From contig OY776562.1 in assembly GCA_963675785.1 (NCBI GenBank), positions 1,504,001 to 1,568,000 of the forward strand: a stretch of DNA of 64,000 nucleotides, in the 5' to 3' direction. This stretch comes from Anaerolineae bacterium. GTDB taxonomy: Bacteria > Chloroflexota > Anaerolineae > UBA1429. Numbering within the stretch: position 1 is the stretch's first letter; every line of letters starts with the position of its first letter. Position numbers and translations under genes: made by a program. The notes under the pieces were generated by a model, which did not search any database, was not told the DNA's origin, and saw nothing but the letters and a program-made list of their open reading frames with translations. Positions 20,951 through 29,613 of this stretch are shown here, one piece after another.

Positions 20951-21718
20951 TCAATCAATATCGTTTTTTTTATTGATAGAGGAAAGAACAAAACCTATCA
21001 AGTTACCAAAATCTGAAATCAAGCCAAATCCCAAGAAAAGAAATAAAAATAAATAAATTATAAAATAAGGAATAAGATCTCTACCAAAAACGCATATAGA
21101 AAATATTCCGACCAAACCTCTACAACCAATGTATATGAAAAATGTAAGGATCAAAGAAGCAAAAAAACTCAAGATGGGGTCTATAGTTATAATTGGTCTA
21201 CGAACTCGATACCCCCATTGCATTTTCACAAGCTTTCGAATTTTTCCCATGTGAAATTTGATTTGGGGAATAGTTATAGGTCCCTCACATACAAGAAGAA
21301 GATAAAACCGATTTCCTGGATTCAACAAAGGAAAATCTACAGTAACGTCATTAAGATCAGAGTTTACAGTGACTTTCATACATTCTGGTATCTTTTTTAC
21401 CAGACTCACGTCGAGAAGTCGAACACCTAGAGGGAATTCAAGAGTAACGGGTATAGATATTTGTTCTTTTGTAATATCTGTATTACCGATGTTTTCTAGT
21501 CTGCATTCGAAAACAAAAACGTTCGATACTTCTTGTCCTTTATATTTGACAACAAGAGACGATGCTGCCCTCAAAGATTGATCAATCCGATGCTGTGAGA
21601 TGAGTTCAACTTGCTCACTGAAAGCATATGCAAGAGAATCCCTGGGGTGTTTAAATACTTTCAATGCTTCTGGCAGGAGAGCAGCCAATATTGTTATAAT
21701 AAGATCATGTATATTCAA
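20951..21718 (-). CDS. low-GC membrane protein, paralog of neighbour
   Basis: RBS AAGGTG, TTG start; FECRLENIG...LEFP...LNPG...CEG...PQI core. Confidence 0.65.
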   Translation of the reverse strand: MNIHDLIITILAALLPEALKVFKHPRDSLAYAFSEQVELISQHRIDQSLRAASSLVVKYKGQEVSNVFVFECRLENIGNTDITKEQISIPVTLEFPLGVRLLDVSLVKKIPECMKVTVNSDLNDVTVDFPLLNPGNRFYLLLVCEGPITIPQIKFHMGKIRKLVKMQWGYRVRRPIITIDPILSFFASLILTFFIYIGCRGLVGIFSICVFGRDLIPYFIIYLFLFLFLGFGLISDFGNLIGFVLSSINKKNDID

Positions 21719-21829
21719 TAGAAATCACCTTAATAATGTTTTTTTATGAATTTAAGCATATTGGTAAGAAAGTAGTCAGTAAAGTGGGTTAACGTTAGTA
21801 TATTCACATGAATTCAGCGGTCACCTTAG

Positions 21830-22060
21830 CGCATCGGGTTGAACCCCGATGCCACCCAACGAACCCTGGCCCTGCGGACAGGCTCAACCCCACACTCCCT
21901 AGCCTCCGATTTATCGGATGGTTCGCAGACCTAGCACCCAGCCTTGCAAAGCAAGACAGTTCAGCCTGGTGCGTTAATCCCCTGCTTTACCTCCGAAGGA
22001 GGTGCCTATCCTAGGCCGGCGACGCAAGGCGTCGCAGACGCCAAGTCCCGGCCAAATGGC
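21830..22060. repeat. composite REP-like hairpin array
   Basis: CATCGGGTTGAACCCCGATG, AGCCTCCGA...TCGGA, CCTCC-GAA-GGAGG, GACGC-AAG-GCGTC. Confidence 0.75.
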
Positions 22061-22089
22061 ATAATGAGACCCATCGCGACAAGAAAAGC

Positions 22090-22710
22090 TCAATTCACCA
22101 ATTCTTTCACCTTAGGATTAGCCAGTTCTTCAAAGATTTGATCTGCTCCCCATGCTTGTGCAGCTGCAAAAGCGCATCTACGTTCTTGGTCATATGTCAA
22201 TTTGCCTGCCGCCTTATAAACCAAATCATGGTTGGCCTCAGCCCAAGCATGCTGAAAAAGCGTAACCACTTGAAGCTCAAAAAACTCGGGCTCCTCTACT
22301 CTGAATCGCTTCTTGACACGAGGGGGAATAAGGAACACAAAATGTTTACCCTCATACCCAAATTGCCAAGGACACTCTATGATATGCTCGTTGTCTTCAA
22401 TTGGGTTATAGTAATCACACAATGCATTTCGTATTGTATCAACATCAGACTTGTAAAAGACTATGACCCTAGCACCTATTTGATCCTGTATCTGAATTAA
22501 TGGATGGGAATACTTCGGAATACCGGGAGCTTTTTGTTTTTGCGCCTTTTCAAGAAATCTATCAACGCTCTTAGCGCGTGCACAGATACGGTCGATATGA
22601 GAAAAACCATTTAGCTGCCGCTTTAAATCAGCCTCAAGACGCTCAGCCACCGGAACCAACACATCCTCAAAACGCCGCGAATAGGTTTCTTCCAGATTTT
22701 CTGAGCTCAT
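22090..22710 (-). CDS. RelA/SpoT-domain small alarmone synthetase (no hydrolase domain)
   Basis: RAKS, QDQIGARV, GYEGKH, ELQVVT..QHAWAEANHDLVYK. Confidence 0.88.
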   Translation of the reverse strand: MSSENLEETYSRRFEDVLVPVAERLEADLKRQLNGFSHIDRICARAKSVDRFLEKAQKQKAPGIPKYSHPLIQIQDQIGARVIVFYKSDVDTIRNALCDYYNPIEDNEHIIECPWQFGYEGKHFVFLIPPRVKKRFRVEEPEFFELQVVTLFQHAWAEANHDLVYKAAGKLTYDQERRCAFAAAQAWGADQIFEELANPKVKELVN

Positions 22711-23711
22711 AGTCGCTTAACCAGCCTTTGCCGAACTATATGCCCTGTCGTCGTATATTGGACAAGCCCTTCCTGAAGGTTGACTATCTCCTTTTTAAAG
22801 GCTTCATTGAAATCCTGGGATGTGGCACTCAAGTATGCGCCATTATCGAGTATGACCCGAACATATGGAAGATATTTTTCAAGCGTTTCCTCGTCAACCT
22901 CAAAATACTCGTCAGCTATATCGGAGCTCTCCAGACAACTAATAACGAGATCAGAGGTTTCTTCCTCAATACCATACTGCTCAAGTACTCCACGAATAGA
23001 GATTGTCTTCCCTTTAAGACTGGGCAAGAGCAAAGCCATACTGACTAATTGATCCTGGATGTCAGGATCTTTAGCAAGTGCTGTCGCTTCCCTAAGAGCG
23101 TCCGTAAGGATAATCGTACCATCCACAGAAGTCGTTTGTCTCACTGAAGAGAGAAATTCTTGGGACCAGTAATCTGCTATACCAGACTGCTGACGATCCT
23201 GGGCTTTTCCAGTCCAAAAGCTCCCCAAGATCGCCAAACCCTGATATACAGCTGATTTGTAGTGCTTTGAATTCTTCATGAAAACCCGTTCAACAAACTG
23301 AACGCTAAGGCTATCTTGATCAATATCAGCCAAAACACCTTGATCTGCCGGAAAACGCGAAAACATGACCTTATGTTTTTCCCCATCGCAACCATGAACG
23401 AGAAAGAGCAAACCTAATTTAGAGCGACCCGTCGTGTAGGAACAAAGACGTCTAGCTATAGGCTCTGAAGTTAAGCCGCTAGGACTAGAAACAAAATCCA
23501 GAATTAACCCACGAGCCTCGTTAGATTGAGTGCCGTCCTCTGATTTAAACATAATCGAGATATTACAGTCGTGTTCTGCTTTGTCGTAGATATCTTTGAG
23601 CATCTCAAAGAGCTGTCCCGACAACGGGATTTCAGTCCCTCGCAGTGGCTCAAGATCCTTCTCCCCTTTTCCCGGCGGAACCAGATAACTGAAAATGTGA
23701 TCGATGTCCAT
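22707..23711 (-). CDS. hypothetical protein, possibly nucleoid-associated NdpA/YejK-like; coupled to the SAS gene
   Basis: RBS AGGAG, ATGA overlap with SAS gene; family call from a faint resemblance (GLLFL, YKSAVY, ADYWSQEFL) only. Confidence 0.6.
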   Translation of the reverse strand: MDIDHIFSYLVPPGKGEKDLEPLRGTEIPLSGQLFEMLKDIYDKAEHDCNISIMFKSEDGTQSNEARGLILDFVSSPSGLTSEPIARRLCSYTTGRSKLGLLFLVHGCDGEKHKVMFSRFPADQGVLADIDQDSLSVQFVERVFMKNSKHYKSAVYQGLAILGSFWTGKAQDRQQSGIADYWSQEFLSSVRQTTSVDGTIILTDALREATALAKDPDIQDQLVSMALLLPSLKGKTISIRGVLEQYGIEEETSDLVISCLESSDIADEYFEVDEETLEKYLPYVRVILDNGAYLSATSQDFNEAFKKEIVNLQEGLVQYTTTGHIVRQRLVKRL

Positions 23712-24014
23712 TTCAAGTCACTCCTGCGCTAGAAAAGTGTATTCATCACACAATATCAACGCCGAGAAAAGCTATACATAACATAGAAGGAGTATAACAA
23801 TAAACCAGAGATTTTCAATGGGAAGCCTCCAATAACGCGCATCTATACTGGCAATTTCGAACCATACCAAGCTAAACCAGAAATTACACAGGCCAGGCAT
23901 TCCCCTCCCCTCCCAACTCCACCTCTTTCCACCTTCACCCTCTACCAACAGCACCTCCTCTCCGCACACACAAGAACGCCAAACACCCAGGTTCAAAGAC
24001 CTGCAATCAACAAA

Positions 24015-24305
24015 AGCATCTGCCCTCCGGGCAGATTTTCCTAAGCCGAGGGCTTTAGCCCTCGGGCAGTAAAAACGGAGAGGGTTTGAACCCTCTCCGC
24101 GCGCATTTCTGTCTGTCAGCGTGGGGTTTCAACCCCACGCGCGACGTCCCCACGCCCCGCTTTACCTCCGAAGGAGGCCTATCCTAGGCCGGAGACCCCA
24201 GGCGGTCGCAGACGCCAAGTCCCGGCCAATTGCCCCCACTTTAAGCGCAGCCCTGACAAAGCCAAAGGCTTTGTCAGAGAGAATCGGTCTACCGATTCTC
24301 CCACA
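24015..24305. repeat. composite REP-like hairpin array upstream of portal gene
   Basis: CCGAGGGCTTTAGCCCTCGG, GAGAGGGTTTGAACCCTCTC, GCGTGGGGTTTCAACCCCACGC, GACAAAGCC-AAA-GGCTTTGTC, GAGAATCGGT..ACCGATTCTC. Confidence 0.85.
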
Positions 24306-24355
24306 AAAACCCCTCCCCTCCACGTGGTACCTCAACAGAAAGGAGGAACCCCACC

Positions 24356-25501
24356 TTGACCCTCTGGCAACAACGCCTCGCCGACCGCCTCTTTGGCAAA
24401 ATCATCCAAGAACGCATCACCCAGGCCGTCAAGGCCGTCGACGACGCCCAATGGCGCGCCGTCAACACCCCGCCCCTCGGCACCGATCGCCCCTGGCACG
24501 AGCACATCCAAGAGCTCGAACGCATCGAGCGCCTCTGCCACACCAACCCCCTCGCCAGCCGCATCATCTCCCTCACCACCGATTTCGTCGTCGGTCGCGG
24601 CGCCACCCTGCAGGCGCCCCAGCACCTTCACGATTTTTGGCATCATCCCCAAAACGACCTCGACCGCCGCCTCTACCGCTGGTGCGACGAACTCGCCCGC
24701 AGCGGAGAGCTCTTTCTCGTGCTCAGCCGCGTCCCCGGCAGCGGACTCTCCTACATCCGCGAGATCCCCGCCCGCTGCATCGACCGCATCGAAACCAACC
24801 CCCACGATCTCGAAGACGAGCAGCGCTATCACCAGCTCACCGCAAATGTCGATGGCCGCTGGTGGCCGGCTGCTGCCCGTCCCGGTCGCCCCCTCTGCCC
24901 CGATGACCAGGTCATGCTCCACTACGCCGTCAATCGTCCCCTCGGGGCCCTGCGCGGCCGCTCTGATCTGGCCCAACTCACCGACTGGCTAGAGCACTAC
25001 ACCATGTGGCTAGAGGATCGCGTGCGCATCAACCGCTACAAATCCGCCTACCTCTGGCACGTCACCATCAAAAACCCCACCCGCGGCGCCATCCAGGCCA
25101 AACAATCCCAATACGCCCGACCGCCCCAGCCCGGCAGCATCATCATCAGCGATGACAGCGAGATCTGGGAAGCCCTCAGCCCCCACATCGACGCCCCCTC
25201 CGTCGAGGACGACGGCCGCGCCCTGCGCCTCATGATCGCCGCTGGAGCCGGTGTGCCCCTTCACTACCTGGCCGAAACCGAATCCGCCACCCGCGCCACC
25301 GCCCGCGAACAGGCCGCCCCCACCTTTCGCCATTTCGCCCACCGTCAGGCCCTTTTCAGCCGCATCATCGAGGACCTGCTCCGTGTCGCCAGTCGCCGCG
25401 CCGGTCATCCTGAAACCGCCAGTGACCCCGACATCCACGTATCCTTCGAGCCCGTCGAGACTACCGAGAATGCGGACACCTCAGGAGACGAGCATGACTA
25501 A
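24356..25501 (+). CDS. phage portal-like protein
   Basis: RBS AAGGAGG plus TTG; NPLASRII...DFVVG.G, GELFL, HYAVN...RGRSDL, AGAGVPLHYL; directly upstream of capsid gene. Confidence 0.75.
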   Translation: MTLWQQRLADRLFGKIIQERITQAVKAVDDAQWRAVNTPPLGTDRPWHEHIQELERIERLCHTNPLASRIISLTTDFVVGRGATLQAPQHLHDFWHHPQNDLDRRLYRWCDELARSGELFLVLSRVPGSGLSYIREIPARCIDRIETNPHDLEDEQRYHQLTANVDGRWWPAAARPGRPLCPDDQVMLHYAVNRPLGALRGRSDLAQLTDWLEHYTMWLEDRVRINRYKSAYLWHVTIKNPTRGAIQAKQSQYARPPQPGSIIISDDSEIWEALSPHIDAPSVEDDGRALRLMIAAGAGVPLHYLAETESATRATAREQAAPTFRHFAHRQALFSRIIEDLLRVASRRAGHPETASDPDIHVSFEPVETTENADTSGDEHD

Positions 25502-27371
25502 CGATCCGCTCTCCGACCCTCATCGCGTCACCCTCAGCGGCGAGCTACGCCCCCGTTCGCCCGGCTGTTACACCGCTCTGCTCATCCGCGCCTGCACCGC
25601 CAACGGCCTCACCTTTGGCCCCCAGGTGCTGCGCCTGGCCGCGCCCCTCTTTGAGGGCGTCCCCGCCTTTGTAGATCACGCCCCGGGCGGCCGCTCCGTC
25701 CGCGATATGGCCGGCCTCTTCGACGCCGTCTACTACGATGACGACGCCCAGGCCGTCTATGGTCGCCTCAAGCTCTTCCCTCAGGCTGCTTGGCTGGGCG
25801 AGATGGCCTCCGAGGTCGCCAATCCCGCCATCTTGGGGCTTTCCGCCGTGCTCTGGGTTCAGCGCGATCGCCAAAATCCGGCTCATGTGGCCCGTATCGA
25901 ATCCGTCGAATCCTGCGATATCGTCGTGCGCCCCGCCGCTGGTGGAGCCATCCTAGCCCCACAGCCCACACCGCCCGCACCCGCCGCCTCAGCCCTTGCC
26001 CAAGGAGAAGTTATGTCAACAGAAAACCCCGCCGAATCCGTCCCGCAGCAACCCGAAACCGACGCCCTGCGTCAACTCGCTCGTGAGAACGCTCGCCTCA
26101 AGATCGAGGCCAGCGGCCTGCCCGAACCCCTGCGCGTCCGCCTGCAGCTGCGCTATCTGCCGCCCCAGTCGGTCCAGGGCACGCCCGAACCCGCCCAACC
26201 CCTCGATGCCGCCATCGCCGAGGCCCGCGAGGCCCTGGCTGCCGCCACCGAATCCCAAACCGTCCGCCACTTGGGGCCTCTCTCCACCATGCGCACCCCG
26301 CTGGATCGCATCGAGGCCGCCTTTGGTCAGCTCATGGGCCTCCCCCAAACCACTTCCGAGGCCGATGTGGCCCATCTCAGCGGCATCCGCGAGCTCTACG
26401 ATACCCTCACTGGCGATTGGGAGCGCCGCGGCCTCTTTGTGCCCCAGCGCGTCACCCTGGCCAACGCCACCACCACAACCATGGCCGAAGTCACCCGCAA
26501 CGTCCTCAACAAGGCCCTGCTCCAGGCCTACAACCGCCGCCCCCACTGGTGGCAGCCCCTCGCCCACGAGGAAGATTTCGCCACCCTCCAGCCCGTGCGC
26601 TGGATCGGCCTGGGCGGCTTTAGCGATCTCTCTCCCGTCGCCGAAGGTGCCGCCTACACCGAGCAAACCTGGGACGACACCGCCGAGACCGCCAGCTTTG
26701 TCAAAACCGGCAACTACATCGGCATCACCCTGGAAATGATCGACCGCGACGACGTGGCCGCAGTGCGCGCCATCCCCCAAAAGCTCGGTCTCGCCGCCTG
26801 GCGAACCCTCAGCAGCGCCGTCTCTGCCCTCTTTACCGCCAACGAGGGCCTCGGCCCCGTCCTTAGCGATTCCCACAACCTCTTCGATGCCGCCCATCAC
26901 GGCAACCTGGCCAGCGCTGCCCTCTCCGCCGATAACTGGCAGGCCACCACCGAGGCCATCTTCAAGCAGAGCGAGTACGGTTCGGCCAAGCGCCTCGGTG
27001 TGCGTCCGCGCTACTGCCTCATCCCCATCGAACTCGAGCGCACCGCTCTAGAAATCTTTACCTCCGACGTGGTACCTACAGAGAGCGCCTTTTATCGCAA
27101 CGTGCTCCGCCGCGGCGCAGATAGCGTCATCGTCGTGCCCGAATGGACCGATGCCGTCAGTTGGGCTGCTGCCGCCGATCCCGCCGATCTCGAGAGCGTC
27201 TGCATCGGCTATCGCTACGGTCGCGCCCCCGAGCTTTTTGTCGCCGATTCGCCCCTCATGGGCAGCATGTTCACCAACGACGAGATGCGTATCAAAGTGC
27301 GCTTTGTCTACGCCCTGGGCGTAGCAGACTATCGCGCCCTCTTCAAGCACAACGTCAGCAGCGGATCCTAA
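25494..27371 (+). CDS. prohead protease fused to Mu gpT-like major capsid protein
   Basis: N-terminal FVDH..RSVRD, GLS, ESCDIVVRPAAGG (maturation protease); C-terminal ITLEMIDRDD..A...IP..LG.AA.RT, LFDAAHHGNL, KVRFVYALGVADYR; RBS AGGAG, overlaps portal stop. Confidence 0.8.
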   Translation: MTNDPLSDPHRVTLSGELRPRSPGCYTALLIRACTANGLTFGPQVLRLAAPLFEGVPAFVDHAPGGRSVRDMAGLFDAVYYDDDAQAVYGRLKLFPQAAWLGEMASEVANPAILGLSAVLWVQRDRQNPAHVARIESVESCDIVVRPAAGGAILAPQPTPPAPAASALAQGEVMSTENPAESVPQQPETDALRQLARENARLKIEASGLPEPLRVRLQLRYLPPQSVQGTPEPAQPLDAAIAEAREALAAATESQTVRHLGPLSTMRTPLDRIEAAFGQLMGLPQTTSEADVAHLSGIRELYDTLTGDWERRGLFVPQRVTLANATTTTMAEVTRNVLNKALLQAYNRRPHWWQPLAHEEDFATLQPVRWIGLGGFSDLSPVAEGAAYTEQTWDDTAETASFVKTGNYIGITLEMIDRDDVAAVRAIPQKLGLAAWRTLSSAVSALFTANEGLGPVLSDSHNLFDAAHHGNLASAALSADNWQATTEAIFKQSEYGSAKRLGVRPRYCLIPIELERTALEIFTSDVVPTESAFYRNVLRRGADSVIVVPEWTDAVSWAAAADPADLESVCIGYRYGRAPELFVADSPLMGSMFTNDEMRIKVRFVYALGVADYRALFKHNVSSGS

Positions 27372-27383
27372 GGAGGTAGGTTC

Positions 27384-27557
27384 ATGGAACTGTTTACCGG
27401 CACCTGGTGGCAAGAGCTCCTCGTCCAGTTGGTCATCGCCATCCTCACCACCGTGGTGGGCATGCTCACCTACGAGGCCCGCGTCGCCGCCCCGCGAGAT
27501 CAGCAGCGCCAGGAGGAGATCGACTCCCTCACCCGCCGCACCGATCACACCCTCTAG
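27384..27557 (+). CDS. 57-aa single-TM peptide, holin-like (absent from ORF track)
   Basis: RBS AAGGAGG; MELFTGTWWQELLVQLVIAILTTVVGMLTYEARVAAPRDQQRQEEIDSLTRRTDHTL. Confidence 0.65.
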   Translation: MELFTGTWWQELLVQLVIAILTTVVGMLTYEARVAAPRDQQRQEEIDSLTRRTDHTL

Positions 27558-27573
27558 CCCTCCCCCTCTCCTC

Positions 27574-27603
27574 AGCGTCCGGCTGCCCCCACAGCCGGAC
27601 GCT
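27574..27603 (+). terminator. GC-rich hairpin ending the head operon
   Basis: 12-bp stem AGCGTCCGGCTG/CAGCCGGACGCT; no U-tract. Confidence 0.45.
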
Positions 27604-27727
27604 CCCCTTATCGCCAACATCCTCGCCGCCCAACAAAACACGGACCCCGAACGCCCATCAGCGTCCAAGGTCCGTGTAATGTTATTCTAGTTGTAGGCGG
27701 CGAGTTCCCTAATGCCGCCCCCTCTCC

Positions 27728-28975
27728 TTAGGGAAAGTTCTCCGGGTCGACTCTATCGGTGCCCACCGTGCCGCCAGCCACGCCGTACAGCGTAACCTCC
27801 CAGGCGGTGTACTGGGTCGAAGTCGTCTCAAAGGGAATCGTGGTGTCCATCTTTTGGTAGCTGGCGTTCCGCGTAAAGCGATACGTCTCCGCGCTGAAAT
27901 CCTCGCCCTTGCTGTAAAAGAGCAAATAAGTCCCGTCGACGATGCCGGTCATGTTGAATGACTCTCCGGCCCGAATATAGGCCGTCTTCACCGCCGCCTC
28001 ATCCATATTGGTGAGAATCACCAGCGCATCCGAGTCGGTGCCATTCTTGATGAGCAGTTCACCGGCGCCGCCAGGTGCATTGTCCACCAGCATCCCTGTA
28101 CCCGGCCTAAAGGGCGGCAGGGGTGTATTCGTCGGTTCCGGCGTAGAGGTCGGCGTCGGGCTGGGCCCCGGCGTCACGGTTGGCGTTGACGTCGGTGTAA
28201 GCGTCGGCGTCGGCGCGATCGCGGTCAGGTGCGCCACCTCGGCAGCCATGTCCGCTGCATCCTGAAAGACAACCTCGCTGTACGTAACAGGCTCGCCGTT
28301 GCCGCGCGTGGCCAGCCCGATATAGCCCTCGCGATTGATATCTGGCCCGAGCGGCGCCCTGGCTACCAGTTGCCGATCGATGAAAAGCCAGGCCTCGTCA
28401 TCCGTCACCCGAATGGCCACCAAACAGCTGTCGGCCACCATGAGCAGCTCCTCGTTCTGCACCAGCCACGCAACCTCGGAATCATCGATCGAATTGGCAC
28501 AGATGGCCTGCCCGTACCCGCCTATATCAAAGATCAGGCACCCGGGCGACCACCCCTCTCCGTCGCCGTAGGCCACAATGATCGCCTCGCCGCTGCCCAG
28601 CCAGTCGCTCTCCACGGTCGCTTCAAGGGTAAATGGCCCTTCGACGATCTGCTCCGACCAGGCGAAAGCCTCATCCTCGCCCTCGGTAGCGTAGGTGCTG
28701 TCCTCGTTGGTCCACAGGCTGCCACCCGTATTAAAGGACAGCGAACCAGATTGGGCCACTTCCGGCGCCACCGTAGGTTCCGTTGTCGCAGTGGCAACCC
28801 TCTTCTCCGCCGTAGGCTGCGTGGTAGCTGTGACGGCTCTGTCCACCACTGCCGTTTCGCCACCAGCATCACAGCCGGTCAGCATACCAAGCAGCAGGCC
28901 CAGCATCATGAGCTGGACGAGCGCGCGCCTTGTTAGCACGCCCCGCCAATGGCAAGAGAGTTTTGGCATGGTCAT
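27728..28975 (-). CDS. two-domain lipoprotein with PT-rich linker
   Basis: Lipobox LTGC; lectin-like beta domain; PTPT linker; C-terminal GELLIKNGT domain. Confidence 0.75.
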   Translation of the reverse strand: MTMPKLSCHWRGVLTRRALVQLMMLGLLLGMLTGCDAGGETAVVDRAVTATTQPTAEKRVATATTEPTVAPEVAQSGSLSFNTGGSLWTNEDSTYATEGEDEAFAWSEQIVEGPFTLEATVESDWLGSGEAIIVAYGDGEGWSPGCLIFDIGGYGQAICANSIDDSEVAWLVQNEELLMVADSCLVAIRVTDDEAWLFIDRQLVARAPLGPDINREGYIGLATRGNGEPVTYSEVVFQDAADMAAEVAHLTAIAPTPTLTPTSTPTVTPGPSPTPTSTPEPTNTPLPPFRPGTGMLVDNAPGGAGELLIKNGTDSDALVILTNMDEAAVKTAYIRAGESFNMTGIVDGTYLLFYSKGEDFSAETYRFTRNASYQKMDTTIPFETTSTQYTAWEVTLYGVAGGTVGTDRVDPENFP

Positions 28976-29205
28976 GGCCTACCTTATCCTGTCTGTGCGG
29001 TTGTTCCCTGTTCGTAGCCGGTCATTCCCTTGGCCCGATAGCACGAGCCTCCGAGATACTAGCGCTTGAGCCGAGCCGAGTCAATACCGAGCGCCATGCC
29101 CTGCACCAGAAAACCTTAACTTTAACGTGGTTTTTATAGAGCACTTCTTATCGCAACCTGCTCCGTCGAGGAAGTGAGTGCGGCGGTGACTTGCGGGGCT
29201 TCAGA

Positions 29206-29529
29206 TCAGGCTCGGCGATAGGTCGCGCCTCTAGTGAATAAGGGATCATCAGGTGTCGGAGTGGGTTCCCCGTCAACAATGACGTATCCCTGAGCCTCCA
29301 TCACCTGCCTGATTAAATGCCCCGTGAATAGCCTGACCCGATGCTGCTTGACAGGCTCGCCACAGATAGCCAGCAGCAACTGTCCAACGGCCCCAGCAGC
29401 GGGCTGTCTGGCGTCTGAAGCATCTGTCATCCTTTTGACGATATCAGGCCAAGTGAGGAATGCCCAGAGTCGATCTCCCCATTCGGGTGCTACATCAGTA
29501 AAAGAAGCAATGTCATAATCGTAAGTCAT
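29206..29529 (-). CDS. hypothetical protein
   Basis: RBS AAGGAG, 107 aa. Confidence 0.7.
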   Translation of the reverse strand: MTYDYDIASFTDVAPEWGDRLWAFLTWPDIVKRMTDASDARQPAAGAVGQLLLAICGEPVKQHRVRLFTGHLIRQVMEAQGYVIVDGEPTPTPDDPLFTRGATYRRA

Positions 29530-29613
29530 CGTGCTGTTTACTCCTTTTGCTTTTCTCTGCTCAACCCGAGCAAAGCGTCAGACAATCTCGTCAATATGCC
29601 AAGTACAAAAATC

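Noticed and set aside
24121-24906. 261-aa Arg/Pro-rich ORF and similar alternative-frame or antisense ORFs (for example 317-1024, 7465-8340, 34681-35754, 44248-45297)
   Set aside because: Shadow frames of real high-GC genes or read-through of REP arrays; no motifs or RBS
25251-25493. Upstream extension of the capsid fusion ORF
   Set aside because: Overlaps the portal gene; the RBS-supported start is at 25494
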